Source: an uncultured bacterium
GTDB taxonomy: Bacteria; Oederibacteriota; Muellerivitia; Muellerivitales; Muellerivitaceae
Length of the DNA: 64,000 nucleotides
Assembly (NCBI GenBank): GCA_964525605.1
Contig: CAZGKT010000005.1
Location: 9,122-73,121, forward strand
Direction of reading: 5' to 3'
Shown: one piece after another, positions 8,883 to 18,369 of the stretch
Layout: every line of letters begins with the position of its first letter
Numbering within the stretch: the stretch's first letter is position 1
Position numbers and translations under genes: made by a program
Notes under the pieces: generated by a model
Told to the model about the DNA's origin: nothing
What the model saw: the letters and a program-made list of their open reading frames with translations, nothing else
Database searches by the model: none

Positions 8883-10421
8883 ATGAAAACGAATAGGCTG
8901 AAAAAAATAATCGCGAGGGGGATGCCTCTATTCCTTTTCCTGGCGATGGCCTGGACGGGGTTGATCGGGAAGTCGTGGGCGGATCCTGCTGCTACGCCGG
9001 CGGCTACTCCTGCTGCGACCGAGGCGGCAACGCCGGCGGGGCTGCAGGGCTTTATGAACGATTATGACTTCACCTGGGTGAACGGTAACACCCATGAGAA
9101 AGATTTTCCCATGGCGGGAAAAGTCTTCTCGCCGGAACTGCTTTTTGACACGAATTACGCCTATCAATTTACCAATCCGAACGACCATATGATCAACGGG
9201 TCAACGGCCATGGCCATGGGCAATGAAGTGGAAGTTGAGCATGTCGGATTCGGGGGCGATTTCACCCCAGATCCACACGTTCATGCCCGACTCATGACCG
9301 AATTCGGCATGTACGCTAACCAGGTGCCAAGAAACGACGAAACCCCGGCGCGTGGAACTTGGAACATCATGCAAGGAACTCAGTTTCTCACTGAGGCCTA
9401 CGGCGGTATCCACCTTGATATCCCTGGCACGAATGGTATGAACATTGAAATGGGCCAATTCCCATCATATGTCGGCCTTTTCAGCTTTTATAACTCGGAA
9501 AACTGGTGCTACCAGGCTTCCTACGTTTCTTCCAACACACCCTGGTTTTTCACAGGAATGCGCATCCAGTTCTTCCCCAGTGATGCTTTGAAGATCGAGC
9601 CCTGGATCATCAACGGCTGGCAAACCTATGGTACGTTCGACAGCGGACTGGGTGGATCAGGGGTAAATCTTGGCTTTGAACTCCGCTGGGCGCCCAGTGC
9701 TGATTTGGTTGTGATTTCGAACAATTATGCGGGTCCGGATACGCCTGATTCACCTAATTGCAACCGGTACCACACGGATGACAGCGTTCTCTACAAGTAT
9801 TTGGACGATCCAAAATCGAACGGGATCGATAAGATGGCCTTTTCCATTACGGCCGACGCAGGTTTTCAACAAGGACCTATGTTCATTGGAAATACTGGGG
9901 CTCCTTTCGCCCTCAATTCGGGTCAGATCATTCCGACAGGTGGCGGATTTGTTAACGTCGCCGCCAATGGTCCCAACGCCGAACGCTTCTTGGGAGCCAT
10001 GATGTACGATCGGACTTGGTTTGATCACGATCACTGGGCCTTTACCTTCGGTGGCGGTTTCATGGACAACCCAGGACGCTACTTGGCGCTTATTCCGTCG
10101 ATTGATGGAGATTCGGCCCAGAACTATTCAAACGATCCTGCTGCAAACGCCGCATTTACGGAGAGCCCGGGCTTGCCTTGGACTTGCTGGGATTACGATT
10201 TCGGCTTCCAATACATGCCAACCGAATACTTGACCTTTGACCTGGAATACACGCATCGCTTTTCAACGATCAATTACTTCAACGGTCCGGGCGGGGAAAC
10301 TTCTTCGGATGGATGGCAAGCGGGAGCTGGCACAGGGTCCCAACAAGTCAGCGGGGGCTATACACCTAACCTCGTGCAATTCGAAGACGTCATCGTCGGC
10401 TCTATCATGGTGCACATTTAA
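8883..10421 (+). CDS. Putative outer-membrane beta-barrel porin
   Basis: Signal peptide, then a Pro/Ala/Thr linker (PAATPAATPAAT) and a long Gly/aromatic-rich beta-strand region. GGAAAGGTGG ribosome-binding site before the ATG at 8883. Confidence 0.55.
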   Translation: MKTNRLKKIIARGMPLFLFLAMAWTGLIGKSWADPAATPAATPAATEAATPAGLQGFMNDYDFTWVNGNTHEKDFPMAGKVFSPELLFDTNYAYQFTNPNDHMINGSTAMAMGNEVEVEHVGFGGDFTPDPHVHARLMTEFGMYANQVPRNDETPARGTWNIMQGTQFLTEAYGGIHLDIPGTNGMNIEMGQFPSYVGLFSFYNSENWCYQASYVSSNTPWFFTGMRIQFFPSDALKIEPWIINGWQTYGTFDSGLGGSGVNLGFELRWAPSADLVVISNNYAGPDTPDSPNCNRYHTDDSVLYKYLDDPKSNGIDKMAFSITADAGFQQGPMFIGNTGAPFALNSGQIIPTGGGFVNVAANGPNAERFLGAMMYDRTWFDHDHWAFTFGGGFMDNPGRYLALIPSIDGDSAQNYSNDPAANAAFTESPGLPWTCWDYDFGFQYMPTEYLTFDLEYTHRFSTINYFNGPGGETSSDGWQAGAGTGSQQVSGGYTPNLVQFEDVIVGSIMVHI

Positions 10422-10519
10422 GTCAAAGGATGGTTTGAGGTTAATAAAGTTTGAACTTGAAACGCTGGGCCTGATTTCAGGGATCCGGCTCAGCGTTCTC
10501 TCCTCCTTAAAAGCTGTAA

Positions 10520-10556
10520 AGGGGGGCGGTCTCAAAGCCGCCCCTTCCTTATTTTC
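10520..10556 (+). terminator. Rho-independent terminator
   Basis: Hairpin GGGGGGCGG-tctcaaag-CCGCCCC followed by TTCCTTATTTT. Confidence 0.5.
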
Positions 10557-10609
10557 GAGGTGCTAAAATGGACCCACAAATTGAAGCGGCACCGAAGAGA
10601 GTATTCAAG

Positions 10610-11305
10610 ATGACGAATAAATATTTGGTCTTAATGATTGAAGATGAAAAGCCGATTCGCCGTTTTTTAAAACCCTATTTGGAAAATCATGATTTCAAAG
10701 TGGTTGAGGCGGAAACCGCCCATGAAGGCCTGGCCCTCGCTTCTTCCCATAAACCGGATCTCATTCTTTTGGATTTGGGGCTTCCGGATTTGGACGGCTT
10801 GGTCGTTCTTCGCCGTTTGCGTGAATGGACCCAGGTTCCCGTTATTATCCTGACGGCCCGGGGTAAAGAAAAAGAAAAGGTAGAGGGGTTGGACGCGGGT
10901 GCGGATGATTATCTCGCCAAGCCCTTTGATGTTGAAGAATTGATGGCCCGCATACGCGTGGCCTTGAAACACTTGAATAACATGAAACAGCAGGGCAATG
11001 AACCGGTCTTTGAAACCGCCGATTTCAAAGTGGATTTATCGGCTCGAATTGTTACGGTTCATGGCAAAGAAGTCCATTTGACGCCGAATGAATACAACCT
11101 TTTGGCTTTGCTTATCCGTCACGCGGGTAAAGTAGTGACGCAAAAATTGATTATTGGTGAAATTTGGGGTCCCGGCGGGGATGAACAGGGACGAAATCTG
11201 CGTCTTTATATTCATCAACTGCGGCAAAAATTGGAATCGGACCCGGCCCTTCCCCAGTATCTTCTCACCGAACCGGGTGTGGGTTACCGGCTGAAATACG
11301 AATAA
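10610..11305 (+). CDS. kdpE: OmpR-family response regulator KdpE
   Basis: REC domain with phospho-acceptor context 'DLILLDLGLPDLDG' plus a winged-helix C-terminus 'LTEPGVGYRL'. Located immediately upstream of kdpD. Confidence 0.85.
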   Translation: MTNKYLVLMIEDEKPIRRFLKPYLENHDFKVVEAETAHEGLALASSHKPDLILLDLGLPDLDGLVVLRRLREWTQVPVIILTARGKEKEKVEGLDAGADDYLAKPFDVEELMARIRVALKHLNNMKQQGNEPVFETADFKVDLSARIVTVHGKEVHLTPNEYNLLALLIRHAGKVVTQKLIIGEIWGPGGDEQGRNLRLYIHQLRQKLESDPALPQYLLTEPGVGYRLKYE

Positions 11306-11421
11306 ATCCTGTTCTTGACCCCTTAATAATTAATTAAATCTTGCCCGAGCCCCGGTTTTTCCAATCATCCATTGAATTATTTGCGGTTAAATGGGTATGG
11401 CTGACCATCAAAGATGGGATC

Positions 11422-14127
11422 GATATGAAAGATAAACGCCCGAATCCGGATGAACTACTCAAAAAATTTAACGAAGACGAAAAAGCGCGTCACCGTGGAA
11501 AACTAAAGATCTTTTTCGGGGCCTATCCCGGCGTGGGGAAAACTTACACCATGCTGGAAGCCGCCCGCCTTAAAAAGGCTGAAGGGGTGGATGTAGCTGT
11601 TGGAATTTTGGATACCCACGACAGCAAGGAAACGGAAGCCCTCCTCGCGGGCATGGATATCATCCCACCTTTGGAAATATGGCAAAGGGGTGTGCTTTTA
11701 AAAGAATTGGATTTGGATCAGGCATTGAAGCGGCGCCCCGGCCTCCTGATCGTGGATCATTTGGCTCATTTGAACGGGGAGGGTATCCGCCACCTGAAAC
11801 GCTGGCAAGACGTGGAAGAGATACTTGAAAGTGGAATCGACGTCTATACCACCCTCAATGTTCAGCAACTCGAAAGTCTGCACGATATCGTCATCCGGCT
11901 CACCGATATTATGGTTTGGGAGACGGTTCCCGATTCGGTTCTTGAAAACGCGGATGAACTGGAACTGGTGGACCTGCCCCCTAGCGACCTTTTGGAACGC
12001 CTGGATAAGGACCTGATCTTCATACCCGAGGCTCATCAACCGGCCAATTGGCATTTTTTCAAGCGGGCCAACCTGGACGCTTTCCGCGAGATGGCCCTAC
12101 GGATCACGACCGATTGGGTGAACGATCAGGTCCAGATTCATCACCGGGGCATGGCCAGTTCCCAGGCCTGGCCCATTCGAGAACGACTGCTGGTCTGTAT
12201 CAGCGCCAGTCCCTCCTCCGCCAAATTGGTCCGAGCCGCCCACCGCATGGCCAAAAGCATGCGGGCCGACTGGACGGCGGTTTACGTGGAAGCGTCTTTT
12301 CACTCGGAAAACAAAGAAAAAGATTTGGAAGCCATGGCCATCCAACATTTAAGGCTGGCCGAGAGGCTGGGAGCGGAAACGGCCATCCTGACGGGATCGG
12401 ACTTCGTGGATGAAGTTCTGACCTACGCCCGGGATAAAAGCGTGACCCGGATATTAGTGGGCTCCCCGTCCAAGCGATCCTGGAGACATCTATTTTCAGG
12501 CTCCAGGGTCAACCGGTTATTACGGGAGTGCAGGGATATTGAGGTGGCCGTGACACCCGGGGATTCGGACGAACTGGCGCCCAAGGTGGTGGGAAAGTCG
12601 CCCTTGAAGTGGGATTGGAAAGGTTTCGGATTCACCTTTTTGGAAATGGCGCTTTGCACGGCGTTCAACCAAATCATTTTTATGTATATGGACCCCTCCA
12701 GCCAGACGCTCATTTACGTCAACCAAATCATGGTCTATCTCCTGGGCGTAGCGGTTTTGTCCGCTTCCCAGGGTGTATGGCCTTGTGTGGCGGCCTGTAT
12801 CCTGAACGTCCTTGCCTTCGACTTTTTTTTCGTCCCGCCCCTGTATGAATTTGACGTTTATGACAGCCGATATATCACCATTTTCTTGGTCATGCTGACC
12901 GTGGGCCTCATCATCAGCAACTTGACGGTACGCATGAAAACCCAAACCCGGCTCTCTCGCTTAAGGGAGCGCCGAACGGAAGCCCTTTACGGCCTTTCCC
13001 GGGAACTGGCGTCTACCCGTGGTACGAACGAACTTTTAAACGCGGCGGTGAAGCATATTTCCGAGGTCTTCGAAAGTTCGGTTACCGCTTTTCTACCCAA
13101 TGAACAAAATCGGCTTGAGGCGCGATGCTCCACCACCGCGGACCCGCATCTTTCATCCAAGGAAATGGGGGTAGCCCAGTGGGCCTATGACTTGGGGCAA
13201 ATGGCGGGCAAGGGGACGGATACCCTTCCGGACGCGCAGGAGCTTTATGTTCCCCTTTTGGCCGGGGGCGAGCCAGTGGGAGCGTTGGGCGTGAAATCTC
13301 ATTTCCCGGACAGGCTTTTTATTCCGGAGCAGCTCCACCTCCTGGAAGCTTTCGCTCACCAGACCGCCCTGGCGGTTTTAGGGGACAAACTGGCCGAGGA
13401 AAAGCAGGAAGCCCAGTTGCAGATGGAAACGGAAAAATTACGAAGTTCCCTCTTGAGCTCCGTATCGCATGATTTGCGCACCCCCCTGGCCACCATCAAG
13501 GGAGCCATTGGAGGATTGTTGGAGTCGGGCGAGGCGATGGGGGCTGCGACCCGGCGGGATTTTCTGGAAAACGTCCACGAAGAAACCGGCCGTTTGGAGA
13601 GGCTGGTGACCAACCTGTTGGAAATGACCCAGATCGAAGCGGGCACGATCCAACCCAAAAAGGAACCCAACGACCCACTCGATGTCATCGGCTCCGCGGT
13701 AGCCCGGGTTCGCAAGCGGATGAACGGAAGGAAATTGGAAATGAATGTTCCGCCCGACCTTCCCCTGGTTCCCATGGATGGTCTCCTCATCGGCCAAGTG
13801 GTGACCAATCTTTTGGACAATGCCTTGAAATATACCCCGGAAGGAAGTCCCCTCGAAATCACGTCTTGGATCGATAAAAATATATGGGTGGTCCAGGTGG
13901 CGGACCGGGGTCCGGGAGTGCCCGCACAAGACCTGTTGCATTTATTCGACAAGTTTTATCGGGGCCCGCAGAAGGAAAAAAAGAGTGGCGCCGGATTGGG
14001 GTTGGCCATTTGTAAGGGCATGGTCGATATCCATCGGGGGACATTGACGGCTGAAAACCGGCCGGAGGGTGGAATGATTTTCCGCTTGGCTTTGCCGATT
14101 GAACCGGAAGTTATAAAAGGTTTGTGA
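11422..14127 (+). CDS. kdpD: Sensor histidine kinase KdpD
   Basis: N-terminal KdpD domain 'RGKLKIFFGAYPGVGKTYTML', a USP-like region, four TM helices, a GAF-like region, the H-box 'SSVSHDLRTPLATI' and an ATPase domain. Start set at MKDKRP by comparison with E. coli KdpD. Confidence 0.85.
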   Translation, partial: DMKDKRPNPDELLKKFNEDEKARHRGKLKIFFGAYPGVGKTYTMLEAARLKKAEGVDVAVGILDTHDSKETEALLAGMDIIPPLEIWQRGVLLKELDLDQALKRRPGLLIVDHLAHLNGEGIRHLKRWQDVEEILESGIDVYTTLNVQQLESLHDIVIRLTDIMVWETVPDSVLENADELELVDLPPSDLLERLDKDLIFIPEAHQPANWHFFKRANLDAFREMALRITTDWVNDQVQIHHRGMASSQAWPIRERLLVCISASPSSAKLVRAAHRMAKSMRADWTAVYVEASFHSENKEKDLEAMAIQHLRLAERLGAETAILTGSDFVDEVLTYARDKSVTRILVGSPSKRSWRHLFSGSRVNRLLRECRDIEVAVTPGDSDELAPKVVGKSPLKWDWKGFGFTFLEMALCTAFNQIIFMYMDPSSQTLIYVNQIMVYLLGVAVLSASQGVWPCVAACILNVLAFDFFFVPPLYEFDVYDSRYITIFLVMLTVGLIISNLTVRMKTQTRLSRLRERRTEALYGLSRELASTRGTNELLNAAVKHISEVFESSVTAFLPNEQNRLEARCSTTADPHLSSKEMGVAQWAYDLGQMAGKGTDTLPDAQELYVPLLAGGEPVGALGVKSHFPDRLFIPEQLHLLEAFAHQTALAVLGDKLAEEKQEAQLQMETEKLRSSLLSSVSHDLRTPLATIKGAIGGLLESGEAMGAATRRDFLENVHEETGRLERLVTNLLEMTQIEAGTIQPKKEPNDPLDVIGSAVARVRKRMNGRKLEMNVPPDLPLVPMDGLLIGQVVTNLLDNALKYTPEGSPLEITSWIDKNIWVVQVADRGPGVPAQDLLHLFDKFYRGPQKEKKSGAGLGLAICKGMVDIHRGTLTAENRPEGGMIFRLALPIEPEVIKGL

Positions 14128-15371
14128 TCGCCATTAATCCATTCAAGGGATATTTCGTGAAAAAAATATTTAAAATTCAAATCGCACTTATCCTCTTCAT
14201 GCTCTGGGAAGTGAGCCAGGCCCATTCCCAAGAAATCGCCCATGTTCAATTTACTTTGGACAGTCAAAACAAAGAAGTTCATATCACCTATGACTTTTAT
14301 GATTCCCAGGACAGGGCCGAGGATGTATTGATTCAAGCATCAAATGATCAGGGTAAAACATGGGACATCCAGCCTTCCCCCCAATCTCTTCAAGGAGACT
14401 TGCATGGGGTGAGGCCGGGCAAGGGAAAAAGCATTACCTGGAAGGCCGGGGACGATTTCCAGGCCTTCTCGGCCGAATTGTTCCAGGTGAGGCTCCTCTT
14501 GGTGCAAGTGGTGGCCTCCGCCTCCTCCGCCTCCACCCTCCTGGACCCAACGGCGGAAGCCACCAAGGAAGCCGGCGCGGAGGAAAAGGAAAACCAACTT
14601 GAGCTGGATCAAACGAAAAATCTTCCCCAGTCAATCACCGGCAAGGATGGAGCGGCCATGGTGTTGATTCCAGCGGGATATTTCAGGATGGGCTCTCCGA
14701 AAGACAAGGGAGAAAAGGACGAGAAACCCGCGCACCAGGTTTGGGTTAGTTCTTTTTACATGGATCAAACATTGGTAACGTTCGACCGCTATGACAAATT
14801 TTGCGACGCCACGGGTCGGCCAAAACCATCGGATGGCTTTGTTCTTTACAACAAGCCCTCACCTCATTGGGGAAGGGGTAGCCATCCTGTCTTAAACCTG
14901 ACCTGGAAGGCGGCGGACGCCTATTGCAAATGGGCCGGGGGGAGACTTCCCACGGAAGCTGAATGGGAAAAGGCCGTCCGGGGGGGAACTGAATCGACTT
15001 ATTTTTGGGGAAATGATGGGGGACAGGCCTCCCAATACGCCTGGTATGAGGGAAATTCCTACTATAAAACCTGGCCGGTGGGTCAGTTAAAACCTAACCC
15101 CTTCGGCCTTTATGACGCCGTGGGAGATCTATGGGAATGGGTGTCCGATTGGTACAGCGCTGATTATTACGTCTCAAGCCCGGGACGAAATCCGACAGGA
15201 CCGGTCGAGGGCAAATCAAAAGTTTTACGGGGCGGATCTTTTGCCAACGGCGATGACTGTCTGCAGTCCGCTCACCGGAGTAATTGGGATCCCGAAAAAG
15301 AGGATGGACAGGAACTGATGGGACATTTACATGAACATGGCTGTCGCTGTGTTCAGGAAGCAGTTCAATAA
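14124..15371 (+). CDS. Secreted FGE-sulfatase (SUMF1/formylglycine-generating-enzyme-like) domain protein
   Basis: C-terminal half shows FGE-domain hallmarks ('RLPTEAEWEKAVRGG', 'GLYDAVGDLWEWVSDWY', 'VLRGGSF'). N-terminal ~150 aa are unique. The ATG overlaps the kdpD stop (ATGA); a GTG at 14157 is an alternative start. Confidence 0.6.
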   Translation: MIAINPFKGYFVKKIFKIQIALILFMLWEVSQAHSQEIAHVQFTLDSQNKEVHITYDFYDSQDRAEDVLIQASNDQGKTWDIQPSPQSLQGDLHGVRPGKGKSITWKAGDDFQAFSAELFQVRLLLVQVVASASSASTLLDPTAEATKEAGAEEKENQLELDQTKNLPQSITGKDGAAMVLIPAGYFRMGSPKDKGEKDEKPAHQVWVSSFYMDQTLVTFDRYDKFCDATGRPKPSDGFVLYNKPSPHWGRGSHPVLNLTWKAADAYCKWAGGRLPTEAEWEKAVRGGTESTYFWGNDGGQASQYAWYEGNSYYKTWPVGQLKPNPFGLYDAVGDLWEWVSDWYSADYYVSSPGRNPTGPVEGKSKVLRGGSFANGDDCLQSAHRSNWDPEKEDGQELMGHLHEHGCRCVQEAVQ

Positions 15372-15477
15372 AAGTAGTTTTTCGGCACTCCTATTCCATT
15401 CAATTCTCTGATGGCCTCAAGACCCGGGAAAGAATTTTTTTGGTTCGCAAAACGTGTGGTGCCCTCATTTTTTTCAT

Positions 15478-15565
15478 CCTAAACACTTTCCTAACGATGT
15501 TCTAACTCCTTCCTAACAAACGCCCCCGCAACAAATCCGGAACACCATCTAACAGCATCCTAATC
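15478..15565. promoter_or_regulatory. Cluster of CCTAAC/TCTAAC direct repeats at 11-12 bp spacing
   Basis: CCTAAAC at 15478, CCTAAC at 15490, TCTAAC at 15501 and CCTAAC at 15512, plus TCTAACAGCA at 15549 and CCTAAT at 15559. Lies upstream of the 15788 gene and the P-II array. Confidence 0.5.
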
Positions 15566-15787
15566 GGCTCTCGCCGTATATTTACGTTGCAAGAAGGGAA
15601 TTGGTTCCCGAAAAAATTTCCAAATAGCGGAACCGAAGAAAGAGAGGGGATTCCATGATTCAACTCATCGTACTCATGCTGGGTTTAGTTCTCGCCACAA
15701 CCGGTTTGTCCGGGTTCATTCTTTTGAAAAAGGAGGAAATGTTTTGAATTAAAAATTTTTTTAAAATTGCTGAAAAGGAGAAACAAG

Positions 15788-16222
15788 ATGAAAACTTTAA
15801 AAAGCACTTCAACCTTAGCGTTGGCCTTAATACTAGGAACGACCTCACTAAGTTTCGCGGGAAATCACCCGGCTTTGACCTATCCAGGAGCAGCCCTGGC
15901 CTCGGCCAATGCGCCGGTTCAAATTGAAGAAGTGACCCCATGGCACAAAGGGGCCATCAAATACGCTTCAGGTATCATGATGATCGGCGCTTGGTACCAG
16001 GCCTGTCCGGTGAGCCACATGATTCTTAATTCCAAGCACGAGGCCGAAGTGACCTTGTCCAATGGAAAAAAGATCATGCTCGCCTCAGCGGCTTTAAAGG
16101 ATGAGGTGGAAGCGAACCTTGGTAAATACGCACCCTTTATGTATGGAGCTTCGGCGATCAGCGGCGATTCTTCGGCTCGATTTGCCCAAGCCAGCCTTGG
16201 GAGCGTGTCGGTTGTGAAGTGA
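15788..16222 (+). CDS. Hypothetical secreted protein
   Basis: Signal peptide MKTLKSTSTLALALILGTTSLSFA. No recognisable family. Confidence 0.4.
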   Translation: MKTLKSTSTLALALILGTTSLSFAGNHPALTYPGAALASANAPVQIEEVTPWHKGAIKYASGIMMIGAWYQACPVSHMILNSKHEAEVTLSNGKKIMLASAALKDEVEANLGKYAPFMYGASAISGDSSARFAQASLGSVSVVK

Positions 16223-16261
16223 AGGCGTTTCAGCGTCAATTAACGGGTCGGAGGTGACGAG

Positions 16262-16663
16262 ATGAAAAAGATAGAGGCCATTATCCGGCCCGTTAAATTT
16301 GACGAAGTGAAGGCGGCTTTAGCCGAAGCCGGCTACGGGGGAGTTACGGTCACGGAAGTCGAAGGCCATGGCACCCAAAAAGGCTTCACGCAGGTTTGGC
16401 GCGGCCGTGAGTACAAGGTGGAACTGCTACCCAAGATCAAACTGGAAATTGTCTGTCCCGCCAAGGACGCGGCAAAGATAGTCCGTGCCATTATGAGAAG
16501 CGCCCAAACGGGCCAAGTGGGGGACGGAAAGATTTTCGTTTATGAAATCGCCGAAGCCTACCGGATCAGCAGCGGGGAAGAAGGAGAAAGGGCCCTTTCC
16601 GAAAACCAGGTTCCGAACCCAAAACCCGGTCGTCTGGGTGAAATTCTTTTTAGCAGGGCTTAG
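16262..16663 (+). CDS. glnB: Nitrogen regulatory protein P-II (GlnB/GlnK-like, canonical T-loop)
   Basis: 'MKKIEAIIRP', T-loop 'RGREYKVELLPKIKLE' with the conserved Tyr, and B-loop 'TGQVGDGKIFV'. Confidence 0.8.
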   Translation: MKKIEAIIRPVKFDEVKAALAEAGYGGVTVTEVEGHGTQKGFTQVWRGREYKVELLPKIKLEIVCPAKDAAKIVRAIMRSAQTGQVGDGKIFVYEIAEAYRISSGEEGERALSENQVPNPKPGRLGEILFSRA

Positions 16664-16699
16664 ATCGGCTGAACCAAAAATTGTCCGCATAAGGGGGAG

Positions 16700-16731
16700 G
16701 CCGACCTGAAAAGGCCGGCCTTTTTTTTTGA
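16700..16731 (+). terminator. Rho-independent terminator
   Basis: Hairpin AGGCCG...CGGCCT followed by a T9 run. Confidence 0.6.
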
Positions 16732-16753
16732 AACAGCCTGAGGGGAGCACGTC

Positions 16754-17140
16754 ATGTTAAAAATTGAAGCGATAATTCGGCCCGAAAAATTAGAACCAGT
16801 TTGCGCTAGATTACGGCGGGTAGGTTACCCGGGAATGATGGTGATGGAACTGGAAGGTCATGGCCGCCAAGGGGGCCTGCATTCTCATTGGCCCCAGGGG
16901 ATGAGGGTCGATTTTCTCCCCAAAGTACGGATCGAAATGGTGGTGGAAAACAGGGATCAAGATAAGGTGATTCGCGCCATCCTTTTGGGTGCGCGGACCG
17001 GTGAAGAAGGGGACGGAAAGATTTTCATCACCGAGATCAAGGAAGCCATCCGGATCCGCACGGGCGAGAAGGGAATCAATGCCCTTTCGATGGAGAAGGG
17101 GTCTGTCCGTGAAAAGGTGGTCGTTTCCAGCCATTCTTAG
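16754..17140 (+). CDS. P-II-like signal-transduction protein, divergent T-loop
   Basis: 'MLKIEAIIRP', 'EGDGKIFITEI' and 'IRIRTGE' keep the P-II fold, but the T-loop 'HSHWPQGMRVDFLPKV' has no Tyr. Confidence 0.7.
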   Translation: MLKIEAIIRPEKLEPVCARLRRVGYPGMMVMELEGHGRQGGLHSHWPQGMRVDFLPKVRIEMVVENRDQDKVIRAILLGARTGEEGDGKIFITEIKEAIRIRTGEKGINALSMEKGSVREKVVVSSHS

Positions 17141-17209
17141 AACGCTTAAATATTCAAAGCTAAGCCGGGTATTTCTTTAAATTTAATTACGGAAAAAGGG
17201 ATTTCAATT

Positions 17210-17545
17210 ATGAAACGTATTGAAGCGATTGTTCGGCCGAATTCCTTAAGGGCGGTTTTGGCCAGTTTGGAAGCCGTCGGCTATGCCGGAGTGACAGTCC
17301 TGGAGGCCCAAGGCCATGGGACGCAAAAAGGCGCAACCGATATTTACCGAAGTCAAAGTGTGGAGGGGCTCCTTCCCAAGTTAGTGGTTTCGATGGTGGT
17401 GGAAGACAATTTGGTGGAAAAGACCATCGATTCTATCGTCAAGGCTGCCCGCAAGGGCGAAATTGGGGATGGAAAAATATTTATCTATTCGGTCGTGGAT
17501 GCCGTGCGGATCCGCACTGGAGACAGAGGCAAAGCCGCCCTCTGA
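17210..17545 (+). CDS. P-II-like signal-transduction protein, divergent T-loop
   Basis: 'MKRIEAIVRP', 'GEIGDGKIFIYSV' and 'VRIRTGD'. The T-loop 'ATDIYRSQSVEGLLPKL' is non-canonical. Confidence 0.7.
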   Translation: MKRIEAIVRPNSLRAVLASLEAVGYAGVTVLEAQGHGTQKGATDIYRSQSVEGLLPKLVVSMVVEDNLVEKTIDSIVKAARKGEIGDGKIFIYSVVDAVRIRTGDRGKAAL

Positions 17546-17724
17546 GAAGTCGCTCTCCAGAAAAACATTTCAACATCTTGCGCCGTTTGTTCTGTCGTTT
17601 CCTCATTTCCCATTTTGGGCCGTTAATCTGAAATTAACATTTGTTAATTGTTGCTAACACTTTCTAAACAATTCCGGCTTTCTTCTAACAGCAACTTAAT
17701 GCGCTCCTGTCGTACACTTCCGCC

Positions 17725-18369
17725 ATGAAGAATTCACATTTGTTAATTTTAATGCGCGAAACGAAACTTTCGCCTGAGCAGATGGCGAAACGCCTGGGAA
17801 TTTCCAATATGACTATCCGGCGCTGGATGAAAAATGCGCCGGGGAAAACAATCCCGGCGATCTACGAAAAAACCGTTTGGGACGCAGTTTACCAGATGGT
17901 CGCGGAGGGGATGCTTTTACCCGAATCGGCGTTCGTGCGGAAAGCCTTGAGGGAAAGCCAAAGGCTTTACTTCCGTGCCGCCATGAAGAGCCTGGGCTTC
18001 AAGGCTTCGGGTCGGAGGACGGAGCGGTTCTCGATGGATTCCATCATGAAGGGGCTGTCCGAGATCGGCGCCGCGCCCGGGCACCGGCTCGAAGTGGAGA
18101 AAAAACAAAAGAAGATTTCCTCCTTCGTAAACCTGGGAAGCGATTGGAAAGAGAGGATTTCCACCTTGAAGAGGGTGGTATCCAGTAAGCATTTGACTGC
18201 CGGGGAAAAGCTGGTGGCCTATGGGGCGTTGTTTTACCTCTTGTGCCCCTTTGACCTGATCCCGGACAGCGTTCCGGTTTTCGGAATGATGGACGATTAC
18301 TGCGTTTTGGGCTTAGCGGCGGAACACTACGGTAAACATAAAAAATTCATGGTCGGGGTTGAGTCATGA
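17725..18369 (+). CDS. HTH plus DUF1232 (YkvA-like) membrane-associated protein
   Basis: N-terminal HTH 'LSPEQMAKRLGISNMTIRRW'. C-terminal DUF1232-like 'LFYLLCPFDLIPDSVPVFGMMDD'. Confidence 0.5.
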   Translation: MKNSHLLILMRETKLSPEQMAKRLGISNMTIRRWMKNAPGKTIPAIYEKTVWDAVYQMVAEGMLLPESAFVRKALRESQRLYFRAAMKSLGFKASGRRTERFSMDSIMKGLSEIGAAPGHRLEVEKKQKKISSFVNLGSDWKERISTLKRVVSSKHLTAGEKLVAYGALFYLLCPFDLIPDSVPVFGMMDDYCVLGLAAEHYGKHKKFMVGVES

